Source: Eledone cirrhosa (taxonomy: Eukaryota). Taken from it: 64,000 nucleotides of DNA. Below the pieces are notes generated by a model. It worked only from the letters and a program-made list of their open reading frames with translations, did no database searches and was not told the DNA's origin. The translations under genes and the position numbers were made by a program. The stretch covers positions 231,508,001 to 231,572,000 of the forward strand of contig OZ024743.1 in assembly GCA_964016885.1 (NCBI GenBank), given 5' to 3'. Of the stretch, positions 27,709 to 41,309 are shown one piece after another; position 1 is the stretch's first letter; every line of letters begins with the position of its first letter.

Positions 27709-28528
27709 TGGGATTTTATTTTTTGTGTCTCCACTTTGTTCTGTTCTACACCATTTTATTTCATAATAAGTATGGACAAGGTGTTAAATTTACATTACAT
27801 ATATATGAACATTTATAAACATATATTTATATATCTACATATTAACTGATATAATGTTTTATAGACTAACTGTATAAAAGAAATATGGGTATATATGTGT
27901 ATAAAATAAACGTATATACGCTTACGGGAGACAAATTTGTTTCCAAATATTGCGGAACTTCTAAACCACAATCGGTAAATTTATCATTCACTAACTAAAC
28001 ACAAGAAATTCGAGGGTAATTGCCTTTCTCAAGTTAGGTCTTCATTCTATATTACATTTGTAATATAGTTTCCAAATATTTTAAATCATGATATATTTAA
28101 CGAATTCTCTTCCCGTTGCATTGTTTCAAGTATTTATAAAAAAAATCAGTCCGATGATAATTCCAGTTTTTCTTTTAGTTTCGTCCACTCAGCTTACTTA
28201 GCATACTTCATTCTATTATATACTTATATATACATATACACATTATATTTTTATAATTGGTAGATCAGGGTGTATATGATCCAAAAATGTGACACACAAA
28301 ACGCCGATTGTAAAGTTACTGTTAAACTTTGGTTTAGAGATAAACGGGCCTTGACATAGAACAAGGACATTGTTACTGCTATCTTGTCGCGAGACAATGT
28401 AAAAAAATAGAAAATTAAGGGCAATCATGATGTACGCAATAAATATAATGGTGCGACTTTAAAACAGGAGGACCCGTCCAAATGCTACAGTGATTTCTTT
28501 CCGATTCCTTTAATTTCTTATTCTTACG

Positions 28529-28559
<31 letters not shown>

Positions 28560-28566
<7 letters not shown>

Positions 28567-29582
28567 TTAGAAATTATAAGCTTTCACCGTATTTTAGACT
28601 AAATAAATTTCTAGCCTGATAGTGGGGTTTATAACCCTCGGAGAAATGGAAAAAGATGAGTGTTGCCGTACATGGGAGTCGAACCCACATCTTTGGTTAT
28701 TCAGACCACTGTGCTACCATTACACCAATACACATCCCGTCTCCTTCCATTCGAATTAGAAGCTATGAACTTAGCAAGTGAATGATAAACAAGCAAATTA
28801 TAAATGTAAACATGTAAGTATGTTTTTGAAACGGTGCGCCAGTTTGAAATTAAAATTAGAAATTATAAGCTTTCACCGTATTTTAGACTAAAGAAATTTC
28901 TAGCCTGATAGTGGGATTTATAACCCTCGGAGAATTTCGAATTTCAAACTGGCGCACCGTTTCAAAAACATACTTACATGTTTACATTTATAATTTGCTT
29001 GTTTATCATTCACTTGCTAAGTTCATAGCTTCTAATTCGAATGGAAGGAGACGGGATGTGTATTGGTGTAATGGTAGCACAGTGGTATGGATAACCAAAG
29101 ATGTGGGTTCGACTCCCATGTACGGCAACACTCATCTTTTTCCATTTCTCCGAGGGTTATAAACCCCACTATCAGGCTAGAAATTTCTTTAGTCTAAAAT
29201 ACGGTGAAAGCTTATAATTTCTAATTTCTAATTTCAAACTCGCGCACCGTTTCAAAAACATACTTACATGTTTACATTTATAATTTGCTTGTTTATCATT
29301 CACTTGCTAAGTTCATAGCTTCTAATTCGAATGGAAGGAGACGGGATGTATATTGATGTAATGGTAGCACAGTGGTGTGGATAACCAAAGATGTGGGTTC
29401 GAATCCCATGTACCTCAACGCTCATCTTTTTTCCATTTCTCCGAGGGTTATAAACCCCACTATCAGGCTAGAAATTTCTTTAGTCTAAAATACGGTGAAA
29501 GCTTATAATTTCTAATTTCTAATTTCAAACTCGCGCACCGTTTCAAAAACATACTTACATGTTTACATTTATAATTTGCTTG
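28560..29582. mobile_element. 290-bp tandem/inverted non-coding element with an internal tRNA-Gln-like cloverleaf
   Basis: About 1.3 units on minus (28560-28934), then about 2.2 units on plus (28936-29582); period 289-291; (TA)n on both sides. Confidence 0.8.
29057..29125 (+). ncRNA. tRNA-Gln-like pseudo-tRNA (other copies at about 28666-28735 minus and 29347-29415 plus)
   Basis: A box TGGTGTAATGG, D arm ending AGCAC, anticodon stem tggt/acca, T arm gtggg-TTCGACT-cccat; the anticodon loop differs between copies, so not a functional tRNA gene. Confidence 0.65.
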
Positions 29583-29585
29583 TAT

Positions 29586-30020
29586 ATATATATAAATATA
29601 TATATAATTGTTTCTACTTTTAGCACAAGGCCATCAGGATGAAAGGCAAAGTAAACCTCGGCAGGATTTGAACTCAGATCGTAAAGGGCCGTAACTCTGT
29701 GCTGCAATGCATGGCGTCCGATACTGTCAATTTACCGCCCTCTGTATAATATATCCACCGCCCTATATATAAATATATAATTGTTTCTACTTTTGGCACA
29801 AGACCAGCAAATTACCAAGTGCATTACTGGTACTTTATTTTATCGACCCCGTAAGGATGAAAGGCAAAGTTAACCTCGACGGGAATTGAACTCAGACCGT
29901 AATAGGAGGTAATCATGCTTTCTAGCATAGTTACGTCCTATTACGGTCTGAGTTCAAATTCCGTCGAGGTTAACTTTGCCTTTCATCCTGATGGCCTTGT
30001 GCTAAAAGTAGAAACAATTA
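29586..30020. mobile_element. Cluster of three SINE copies (two minus, one plus)
   Basis: gaaaggcaaagttaacctcg..gaactcaga motifs. Confidence 0.8.
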
Positions 30021-30501
30021 TATATATATATATATATATTCCATAAGAATAAGAAATTAAAGGAATCGGAAAGAAATCACTGTAGCATTTGGACGGGTCC
30101 TCCTGTTTTAAAGTCGCACCATTATATTCTGTTATTGCGTACATCATGATTGCCCTTAATTTTCTATTTTTTTACATTGTCTCGCGACAAGATAGCAGTA
30201 ACAATGTCCTTGTTCTATATCTAGGCCCGTTTATCTCTAAACCAAAGTTTAACAGTAACTCTACAATCGGCGTTTTGTGTGTCACATTTTTGGATCATAT
30301 ACACCCTGATCTACCAATTATAAAAATATAATGTGTATATGTATAACGTTATGACCCTCTTCTTGCTATTTCAAGCATTAACCTAATATATTCCTTCCAT
30401 ATACTGTACCGATTGTGTTGTTATTTCTGTTTACCTTTTATATATGTATATACATATATATATTTTCTGCTGTGTATGCGTGTGTGTCTGAGTGTGTGAG
30501 A

Positions 30502-30618
<117 letters not shown>

Positions 30619-30976
30619 CGGTGAAGTTGGCAACCTTAACTCACGGTTGGGTGCGGATGCATTCATGTATATGTGTGTATCCGCATGTATCTGTGTGTTT
30701 CTAAATATATTGTTAATAACTCCCTCTGGTCGAGCAATCTTTGAAGTGTGGGGACTGCTGGTAAGCTTCCATTACTCATACTTCTCGCCTCCTTCACCAA
30801 CTCTTCTACGGCTTCGATATAAATACCCCCTCCGCCTCCGTGGTATTTTCTTCGGGGTTATAAGAGGCTTAGCTCTGTTTCTCGACCGTTATATCGCGTG
30901 ACTATCTCCCTCTCCGCCTTTTGGGATTCTTTCTCACGTCGTGTAGACGCGTTCTTGAGACTAGTAAAATGAGGTA

Positions 30977-31066
30977 TCCTCTTGATAAGTCGGCAGACCT
31001 CGCAAGGACTCTATATCTTTATGATGCATTGTTTTTGTTTATGCCACGAAACTACGTAGTCGAGGA
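30977..31066 (+). ncRNA. Type I hammerhead ribozyme with U3-A8 core, GUC site after 31061
   Basis: tcctc TTGATAA gt(c)ggca...tgccac GAAA ctacgtag TC gagga; perfect stem I, palindromic stem III. Confidence 0.8.
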
Positions 31067-31569
31067 ATCTAGGAGCAGTTTAGGTATGATACATTTTATT
31101 ACTAATTATATCTAAATGTTTCTTCTCTCTTCATAATGTATTTTTAACTCTGATACTGGTTCAGTCTAGTTCAACCGGATTGGTCTGTCCCAGTCATTCA
31201 TTGAGCAACAGCGGTGAAGTTGGCACCCTTAACTCACGGTTGGGTGCGGATGCATTCATGTATATGTGTGTGTCCGCATGTATCTGTGTGTTTCTAAATA
31301 TATTGTTAATAACTCCCGCTGGTCGAGCAATCTTTGAAGTGTGGGGACTGCTGGAAAGCTTCCATTACTCATACTTCTCGCCTCCTTCACCACCTCTTCT
31401 ACGGCTTCGATATAAATACCCCCTCCGCCTCCGTGGTATTTTCTTCGGGGTTATAAGAGGCTTAGCTCTGTTTCTCGACCGTTTTATCGCGTGACTATCT
31501 CCCCCTCCGCCTTTTGGGATTCTTTCTCACGTCGTGTAGACACGTTCTTGAGACTAGTAAAATGAGGTA

Positions 31570-31659
31570 TCCTCTTGATAAGTCGGCAGACCTAACAAGG
31601 ACTCTATATCTTTATGATGTATTGTTTTTGTTTATGTCACGAAACTACGTAGTCGAAGA
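31570..31659 (+). ncRNA. Second copy of the U3-A8 hammerhead
   Basis: tcctc TTGATAA gtcggca...tgtcac GAAA ctacgtag TC gaaga. Confidence 0.75.
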
Positions 31660-32047
31660 ATCTAGGAGCAGTTTAGGTATGATACATTTTATTACTAATT
31701 ATATCTAAATGTTTCTTCTCTCTTCATAATGTATTTTTAACTCTGATACTGGTTCAGTCTAGTTCAACCGGATTGGTCAGTACCAGTCATTCATTGAGCA
31801 ACATCGGTGAAGTTGGCACCCTTAACTCACGGTTGGGTGCGAATGCATTCATGTATATGTGTCTGTCCGCATGTATCTGTGTGCTTCTAAATATATTGTT
31901 ATATATATATATATATATATAAAAACAAACCGAGCATTATAATAAATGTTCGGTAAACCCATACGTACATATATATATGTGTGCATGTATGTATGTATAT
32001 ACATACTACTGTAAGTCTGTATACATATATGTATGTATGTATATATA

Positions 32048-32121
<74 letters not shown>

Positions 32122-32566
32122 CATATATTCGTATATCATTCTTCCACAAGGTATATAGAAAAAAATCTAACCCTTAAAATTTCTTTTTTTTTTGTCTTTC
32201 ACACAACCATTTGTTTTCGGTTATATTTTTCTTTTTAATTTTTACTTGGCAAGAACTTACAGAGTTTTATTATATAATCGGAAGTGACATGTAATCGGGT
32301 ATTTTTTCTCATTTCTTATGAAATACTATGCGATATATATTTCTGCAAATTTTATAATAATTGTTTAATTGCCAAGGGAGTGGTAAAAATAGAGAACCAT
32401 TGCTCGTGATGAACTCTCGCGTTTAAGACACCAGAAAAGGGTGCTGAAGATAATAAATAATATAGAAAATATAATGGCGCCGAAATTCTATAAACTATCC
32501 GCCTATGTGAGGAGAATGACATTATTCCACGCACTGTTTCTCAGTTTGATTCTCTCCTCCACTCCC

Positions 32567-32769
<203 letters not shown>

Positions 32770-32936
32770 TAGATATATACGTACAATCAAAGATGCTTGC
32801 GCAGGAATATGTATTCACTTAATCATATGGCCCCTCAGGTGTACACCTGAATTATTTCGAATATAAATGCATGAAGTATCATTACATATTTATGGCTAAT
32901 TCTCCGGTATCGATTAGAGACAGAGATTGTTCATGA

Positions 32937-33001
<65 letters not shown>

Positions 33002-33108
33002 TATATATATATGCATGTATGTATGTATATATATCTATATATGTATAACTATATATGCCTGCATATGTGTCTGCATGTATGCATGTATATATATATGCAT
33101 TAATATAT

Positions 33109-33191
<83 letters not shown>

Positions 33192-33203
33192 CATATATAT
33201 ATA

Positions 33204-34928
33204 TAACAAAGGAATTGTGGTAAGGAACCAGATAGACCATAACGCACCAGAGTACTCAATACTTAGCTAGTAGAGTGGGAAATAGGAAAAAGTATGACAC
33301 CGACGGCAGAGCTCAAGCCGTATCGACGGCTATTTCTGGACTAAATTAGAATTTTTAGCCTGATGAATAAATAGCCGAACTTTTCAAGGGGATATTTCCT
33401 TATATGGGAAGATTGTAGTTGTCAAGAGGATTGGTTAAAATGTGTCGTAAACACAAATAATTCTATCGTGGCATTTGGTGGGAGGTAGGGGTGGTTGAAC
33501 TTGCCTGTAGAACAATAGGAGAGTGAGTGGAGCGGTCAAGCGTTGAAAGTGATAAGTATACTGCAGATTATAAGGATAGTGCATGAAGTGGACGAGGGAG
33601 GTTATAGAATAGGTAAATCGAATGAGAGTTGGAGACAATAAAAGATAATAGAAAGAAATAAAAAAATATATAAAATTAGATAGTGAGAAATGAATTAAAA
33701 AAATCACAATGTTATCTTACAATTATAGGTTAATAAGTTGAGAATAGAAAAAAACTTGTAGAAATTGAGTAGTACCAGAACTGATACAGAATTGAAGAGG
33801 TATAACACGTCTGCTATAAGTAGTTAGTAAAACGTATTCGGCCAATTCTATCTTAAAATTACAGGGGTGGGGAACTGATGCTACAGAGGCCCGATGGGCT
33901 GCATCGGGGTAGGCGAAGAGGATAAGCCGAGGAAGAAGAACATAGGGGGTGGAAGGAAGTGATAGGATTAGACAGTGGGAAGAAGACGACAAAGAGGAAA
34001 AGAAAAGAAAATCAATACATCTACCTAAGTAAGCTGGGATTTCTCCTAACTTATTCGGCAAGTAGGGGGGTATCAGCACTTGTTACCCACCCGGATGGTT
34101 ATGGGGTTTAAGGCGAGGTAATTCCTACGCAATTTGTGTTTACATACGGTTACCAGTTCCTCTTTCTTGTTTAGGAGTTAGTCCTTCGAAATGAGCATTT
34201 GTAATGTTTCCTCCGAGCATAAGTTACACGGACGGCGTCCTCCCGTGTAAGAGTTAGATTTGGACAGTAAGCTCCAAGTGAGATTGTAGGTTATATTATT
34301 ATCTTGGAGGTCCCAGATGTGGCCCGAAAGTGTAGTGGCATGTCGCCGGATCAGGTTTCTGAAAGTATGTCGGTGTTGGTAGGGCCGGGTCTTGAAGTCA
34401 CACGCGGTTAATCCTATATAAGCTTTGTTGGAGGTGTCCGTCCTCACGTTGCACTGGTAGATCATGTTACGTTCTCGGCATTTGTTGTTGAGGGGGCACG
34501 TAGATCTATCAGGGAAGTTACACCTCCTGGTCGGCTCTCCACTGATGTCTAGGTTATTTCTCCCATAGCGGTTGAGATTTTTGTCGTTGTTTGAGGAGAC
34601 GATGTTTTGTGCGAAGTTAAGTGTAGTGCTGTAGGAGTTTTTGATGGTGTTTTTGTTGATTATCACTTTCAACGCTTGACCGCTCCACTCACACCCCTAC
34701 TGTTCTACAGGCAAGTTCAGACACCCCTACCTCCCACAAAATGCCGTGATAGACTTATTTGTGTTTACAACAAATTTTTACCAATCCTATTGACAACTAC
34801 AATATACCAATATAAGGAAGTACTCCCTTGAAAAGTTCGGCTATTTATTCACCAGGCTAAAAATTCTAATTTAGTCCAGAAATAGCCGTCTAAACGGCTT
34901 GTGCTCTGCCGTCGGAGTCATAGTTTTT
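33204..34928 (-). mobile_element. 5'-truncated PLE with inverted pLTR (33286-33555 vs 34660-34928); same family as 58770-61601
   Basis: GIY-YIG ORF on minus; decayed TTGAAAA hammerheads at about 33297-33392 (-) and 34823-34918 (+); (TA)n flanks. Confidence 0.85.
34088..34660 (-). pseudogene. PLE GIY-YIG endonuclease fragment
   Basis: CPLNNKC..RNMIYQC, AYIGLT...FKTR..QH, CNLCSEE; an in-frame stop before LLNKKEEL...CKH. Confidence 0.88.
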
Positions 34929-34930
34929 CA

Positions 34931-35054
<124 letters not shown>

Positions 35055-36237
35055 ATGCGATAGCATTTGATTTGAATCATTCTTCATTGTTCATATCTTT
35101 TATGCGACCAGACATGCAACATCAAATTCATATCTCTCTACGGCATTTTCTCTATACAAATAAATATGTCTGTAGAAATATTCTGGCCCATATCCCCTAC
35201 CATAATAATTGTCTCTCATCCTTCATACCAATTATATTTTAATGTATGGAAGAGCAAAATAGTCAACTGTATTCCTAATCCGACCAGTGGGGTAATTGAT
35301 TTATTCTTATATTAATGTGGGCTGCGCAGCACATCTCACTTCTTATTATAAAAATATTCAAGCCAACCAAAATAACACATCGCTTCAGAACATAGTAGTC
35401 GATATCTTAGAAAAAGAAGCAGAGCAGTAATGTACAGAAGGTGACCAAGAGTGAAGAGAAAGGAAATAGAAATATACAGGAAGAAACGAGTCCAGCATTT
35501 AAGATATTCGGAAACATATTGCAACGCATTCTCTGCAGAGTTATCAACTCTTAAACAACGCCAAACTTAAACACTCGCTAACTATTAACCACGTTAACTT
35601 ACCATAAACATAAACACTGATAACACCCATAAAACACCCACAAACACCCACTCTTACATAAGCTTACACGTAAACACACACTAATGTACATACTTGCACA
35701 CATAAACACAAACACTTCACAAATATGGATACACCACAAACACTCACACGCGTGCACCAACACCCACAAAAATACAGAAATATACTCAGCCACAAAATTA
35801 GATACACATGCACACATACTTCCATCAATGATACACAAAACACGTACAGACACACAAAGTAAAAATAATGCACACCCATGTAACAGGACCAATGATACAC
35901 TTGGATCTCCACCTCGACCCCAACACCCGCACGCCAGATTATTTGCCTCCCCACCATCTTCAAAATTTGTTTTCTCTCTTCAACTTTCCTGCCTCAGTTT
36001 TTCCAACTGAGGTTTTCCAACTGAGTTTGGAAGGTTGTAGAGAGAAAACAAATTTTGAAGTGTACATTGGACACTTCGCTTTCAGCTTTGGATTCTACCA
36101 CACACAATTATACAGGCTAATGCACACCCACGCATAAACTAACTCAATTACACGGCATACCGCCAACAGACGCAATTAAGTAACACACACACATATATAT
36201 ATACTTATATATATACATATATATGTATGTATATATT

Positions 36238-36272
<35 letters not shown>

Positions 36273-36356
36273 GTATATATACACACGCACAGGCACGCAC
36301 ACACATATACACACACACACACCCCACACATACACATATATATATATGTATATATA

Positions 36357-36680
36357 TTAGGTAGTAATATGTGCTCACGCAGTATTTGAGTAGATAGATT
36401 TAGTCTGTTAGTTGGGATTTTTATATATATATACCTGGTATGGTTATATAGCTTCTAATTAAATGGAAGGAAACATGCGTGGCATGTTGATGTAATGGTA
36501 ACACATTTGTGCAGCAAACCAAAGGAGTTGGCTCGTGTCCTATGTATGTCAGTACTCATCCTTTATTCCATTCAGAGGGGGTTTTTTTAATCCCAACCAA
36601 CAGACTAATTCTATTTAGTCAAATATGGCGTAAGCACATGTTACTACCTAATTTTGAAATTCGCTAGCCGTTTGTAAACT
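36357..36680 (+). mobile_element. Diverged copy of the tRNA-containing 290-bp element with a 5' inverted segment
   Basis: agcttctaatt..atggaagg..tgatgtaatggtaacac..accaaag; 36357-36420 is inverted to 36588-36650; TA-rich flanks. Confidence 0.65.
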
Positions 36681-38220
36681 TAGATTGCTTTGTGTCTCCC
36701 TACATATATATATATTATATACTATATTTGTTTTGTTTCGACTAATATGCCATTTGGTACATTTTGTACTTATAGTAGACACGAACTAACTTACAAAAGC
36801 AACACACACTGTCAACTACAGTTGATTAACATCAGGCTATCAGTACAAGTAAATTGAAAGCATCCAGCACCAACTGAACTCTTGTTTATAATTAAAACAA
36901 TAGAATATATAGTCAGAAGCAAAAGAGAGTGTTTAGAAATTTCCTGATTGCTTAAACGAGAAAATTTTGTGGTTTTCATTTTCGTTTTTTATAATTCTAT
37001 ATAATGATGCGCTAAAATTATGGCTTGTGGCCTTCTAGTACTTTTTGTTTAAGGAAGTAATAAGTATGAAATTTCTCATTATCATAAACAGCATCACAAC
37101 ATTCGAGATAGAATGACACTGCCATTTTAGAATAATAATATCGTTTGTTATAATTATTTTAAATTATAACAAAGGCGTGGAGGTCTACACGAGTGTATGA
37201 ACCTCAGTATTTTATTGTACTGTATAGTGGGTTTCTATAGGATTAGTGACCAGAATTTACACAGACAGAACTAGAGGCACTTTTATCAACTTTCTCCTAC
37301 CTTGTGTCTTTGTGTCGAGGTAAAATTCGTTTTTCATTTCTCCAGGTCTGATAAAGGAATACCAGTACATTCATAAGGTCGATATTCTACGATATTCACT
37401 CCACTTAAAATATCTGACTTGTGTCTGTGTTAGATATTATCATTATTAATATTATGTAGTCTTGTTAAGGTATGGCTTTAGTACAGTACACTGCACAGGT
37501 CTGTTTCTTGGATATGTGTTGTACTTTATTTCCATTGTAATGAGAGTACTTTATGAAGGCAGTCCCTATTAGTACTATATTTCTGTGTTTTGCGTATATT
37601 TGTAATTTATGGCGTCTGTGTATGTTATCTTCTGCTGGATCATTTAACAAATTTTTTTTTTTGTGGCATTCTCAATTATTAGCTTTCTATATTATTATAA
37701 ATATCGGTTCCTCTTTTTAATCATTATTATGTGTCTGTGTGCGTGTGCATGTGTGTACGCATAAATATGTATATATATATTTAACCTATTTTTAGTGTTA
37801 AAATATAAACTGCGAATTATGCGTACGATATACATATATACATGATGGCTGCCAACTCGTTTTCGAGTACGGCCACTACTTTATATCCATGTAGGAGAAC
37901 CCCTACCGATGCCCTGAACGAGTATGACTTTTTAGTCCAGTCAGCGACTTGAAAACTCTGGTGCAAACACTACACTTGTGACAATTATTGACACATAGTG
38001 CTGGGCCCATGGTACCATGTGACGACAAGTGAAGAGAGATCTCCAGATATAAAGCAATGCCCGTGCCGTGAAGCTATTATAGTGAGCAAAGGCACTGCAC
38101 AAAGCCAGTCCCACTCTCTTAACCAAGATGATATTTACTAAAAAGAAGAACAAGTCAACATCATTGGATACCATCAGGGTTGCAGGTGTTATATCAGAGT
38201 TTTCCTTCATACATACATAC

Positions 38221-38360
<140 letters not shown>

Positions 38361-38580
38361 ACTTTAATTCTAAAACAATTATAGTAAGAACATTACGAAG
38401 TGGCTTACCTCACCCCTATTTGTGTGAATAAATAACTCAAGAAGCGTAATCTAGCTGTCAGATATATTTATACTAAGCGTCTAGCCAGTCAAATATAGCG
38501 AATGATATGAGCGCTATCTAAACAGATGTCTGGATTCACAGACATATACTAGAGAGGAAAATATGGGTGAACATATTTAA

Positions 38581-38780
38581 CCCTTTCATTACCCTATTTC
38601 TAATGAAATACAATATACATGAATTACTTAATTAAGAATGTGGATGGATTTATCACATTATTAGTTAATTGACTGCTAAGTGGAATATATAAAATGAAAT
38701 ATTTTGAAATAACCCTTTAAAACGTGTGGGTTTATTTCATAAATACAAATATGATTTTGGGTAGGTTGCTATCAAAAGAG
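38581..38780. mobile_element. piggyBac-like MITE (200 bp) with TTAA target duplication
   Basis: TTAA-ccctttcatta ... tatcaaaagag-TTAA; imperfect TIRs. Confidence 0.45.
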
Positions 38781-40299
38781 TTAATGCAAAGCATAAACAA
38801 TATAATTAGACATTGGTACATTAGACATACGTTCATATGAGAGACAATTCCCGATATAATATAGTGTATTAAACCTCCTCAGTGAAGACAGATATTATCT
38901 TACGCAGCAAAGTATTGATAACGGACTGATTATATTCAGGTACAATGATATGAAAAGAAGCACTCTTCTTCGTTTAGAGTCTATCATATCACGCAGTACA
39001 AAACAAAGATATTTTACATAAAAGGGAAAGAAAACGATCATTAGATCGAACCGAACAATATTTGTTTCCATTATCTTTCCATTGATGTTGCTATCTGACT
39101 GTCAGAAAAATCAACGAAAATAGAATATATTGTTCGAGAACACAAGGGGCCGCTTGGTCCTGGAATCAAATTCATGATATTATGCCCGTGAGCTTAACTC
39201 ACTAACCACAATGTTACATTTGACATACAGATATACTGTATCTTCACATTTGCTTTCTATAGTGAATATTGGCCATAGTAGCATCCTCAAATCCTATAAT
39301 AATATTTCACTGGGTAAAAGTGAACTTTTGGTGAAGTTTTGAATCTTTTTTAAACAAGACATTAATTTCTTTGCTTACAAAATGTTGGCGCATCTATACC
39401 ACAGCATTAACGAGGGAGTCAGGTAAAATAAATAGAAGGTAACCGCTTGATATCGCAGTTAATTTAGTGTTACAAATGGATTGTCGTATTTTAGATAAAC
39501 TATTATTGGAGTTAAAAATGACTGAATGATCATGAAGGAATAATTTGGCTATAGATCTTTTCAGTCAGGCCTGACGTTAGGCCAAATGACCTCAACGTCA
39601 ATATATAATATTTTCTTGCATCCGGGTGTAATTTTAGGTAAATCTCAGACATCTTTGATTGAAATTAGAATGTATACTTCAAACCCTGAAAGAGAAACAT
39701 TATATTGACAAATACAGCGAGGGGTGATAATTATGAAATTAGTAACTTTTTACACTATAGAACTACGAACAAAACTAGAACATATATGAAGAGACAAGTT
39801 TCCAAAAAAGCACAAAAAAAGGCTTAATTTATAGATGGCTGTGACGAAAAAAATGAGACACGAGAAAACGCTTAAATCTGATATTAAACAAACTATATGC
39901 GCAGGAGTCGCTTGCGGCACAAAATAGAATCCATCCCTTCTGAAACCAACAAGAGCATATTATGAAGCAGAGAATCAGTAATGCAGAATACGTGGAGATG
40001 TGAAAGAAACAATTAAGCACATTATCTCATGCTGCAAGATAAAATGCAGAAGAGATTTGGGATACGCTGGTTGTTATGAAATTTCAACAGAAAAGAAGTA
40101 GCATAGGCATGCACCAAAGAAGTCTCAGATAATTATGAAGCGATCAAACTCTGATATACTACTTAAATATTGCTATCAAAGAAAACGAGTAGGATACATC
40201 TTTACTAAGTACCGCTCAAAAAAATGATAATAAATCTCTCAAAGAAATTGAAAAATAACTCAAATATAAAACATTTAGAAATAGACCTGATTGATTTGC

Positions 40300-41290
40300 T
40301 CTTAGATAGAGAAGGTATTCTCTGGCTAACTCTTTTTGCGCCGGGTGGCCTGGATCTCTGGGAAGACATATAAGTAATGGGAATTGGGAGAGATAATCCC
40401 AATTTTCAAAATGGGAGACAAGAGAGACTGTTCCAACTACAGAGGGATTCTATTGTTAAGCTCCCACTAATGTTTATGCTAAGTATCTGGCAAAGAGATG
40501 CAATGAGATTGTCGAGTCCAAACAAACTGATGAACTGTGCAGTTTTCACCCCAGAGCAGCACACCCTACCAGATATTCACACTACATCATGTCTTCGAAT
40601 ATATTTTTGTTTTGTCGACCTTGAAAAGGCATATGGCCGTGTTCTTCGGGACCTGCCGTGGAAGGCAGTGAAGGAGTATAGGATCGATGATCAGCTGCCC
40701 TGATGTCTCTATACGAATGCCCGTGTATTTGTGTTCAGATAAATCCTGTTCAATCGAAACCATTCAATGGGAGAGTAGGGCTCGGCAAATGGTGCGTACT
40801 GACACCTCTCCTGTTCATTACTTACATGAACAGGATTGGCATGTGCAGCCGAGTTGGAAATGGTATCTTGACTAGTGGATGTAAAATCAATCGGCTGCAA
40901 TTTGCAAACAGCATGGTGTTACTTAACTCGAGATAACGTGATATCTGCCTTGCACTCAATAGGCTTGATGCCGAATGCTGCATAACTGGAATCAAAATGA
41001 GTTGTGCGAAAACTGAGACACTCGTTTTCTGAAGGAAGCCTGCGCAATGCACGCAACAATTAAATAGAGTTCCACTGAAGCAGATGGAGAAATTCAAGTA
41101 TCCAGGGGGTGTGTACACGAGTGATGGGAGTCAAAGGCCTGAGTAAAGTTCAAGAATTGCAGAATCTGGTGCAATAATCCGCCAGCTTCATTCAGCATTC
41201 AGTAAACAGAAGAAAAGAGGTAGACGTAAAAGTAAAATTCGCTGTCTTCAATTTGGTATTCGTGGCAACCCTTGCCTGTAATCATGATGT
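40300..41290 (+). pseudogene. Old RTE-clade LINE reverse transcriptase fragment
   Basis: DCSNYRG, FCFVDLEKAYGRV, VGL...CVLTPLLFITYM, LQFAN (decayed FADD), EKFKY.G; heavily frameshifted. Confidence 0.8.
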
Positions 41291-41309
41291 TGATTGTCGT
41301 TGTCTTGCA

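Larger units (their letters stand above)
28230..30342. repeat. Large interrupted inverted repeat (28230-28531 plus 29586-29695, vs 29925-30342)
   Basis: ORFs 28243-28428(-) and 30089-30331(+) translate almost identically; both SINE halves share the same internal deletion (ggccatcaggatg). Confidence 0.85.
30619..31901 (+). mobile_element. 593-bp non-coding tandem repeat (about 2.2 units) with one hammerhead per unit; retrozyme/pLTR-like
   Basis: Unit starts at 30619, 31212 and 31805 (cggtgaagttggca); (TA)n on both sides. Confidence 0.85.

Noticed and set aside
29130-29225. Twister, pistol or HDV ribozyme in the 290-bp unit
   Set aside because: GAGGG, TAA and AAGC words are present, but I could not build the required pseudoknots by eye.
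28666-29415. Functional tRNA gene cluster
   Set aside because: The anticodon loops differ between copies and are non-canonical, the acceptor stem is rich in G-U pairs, and the copies sit within a mobile repeat.
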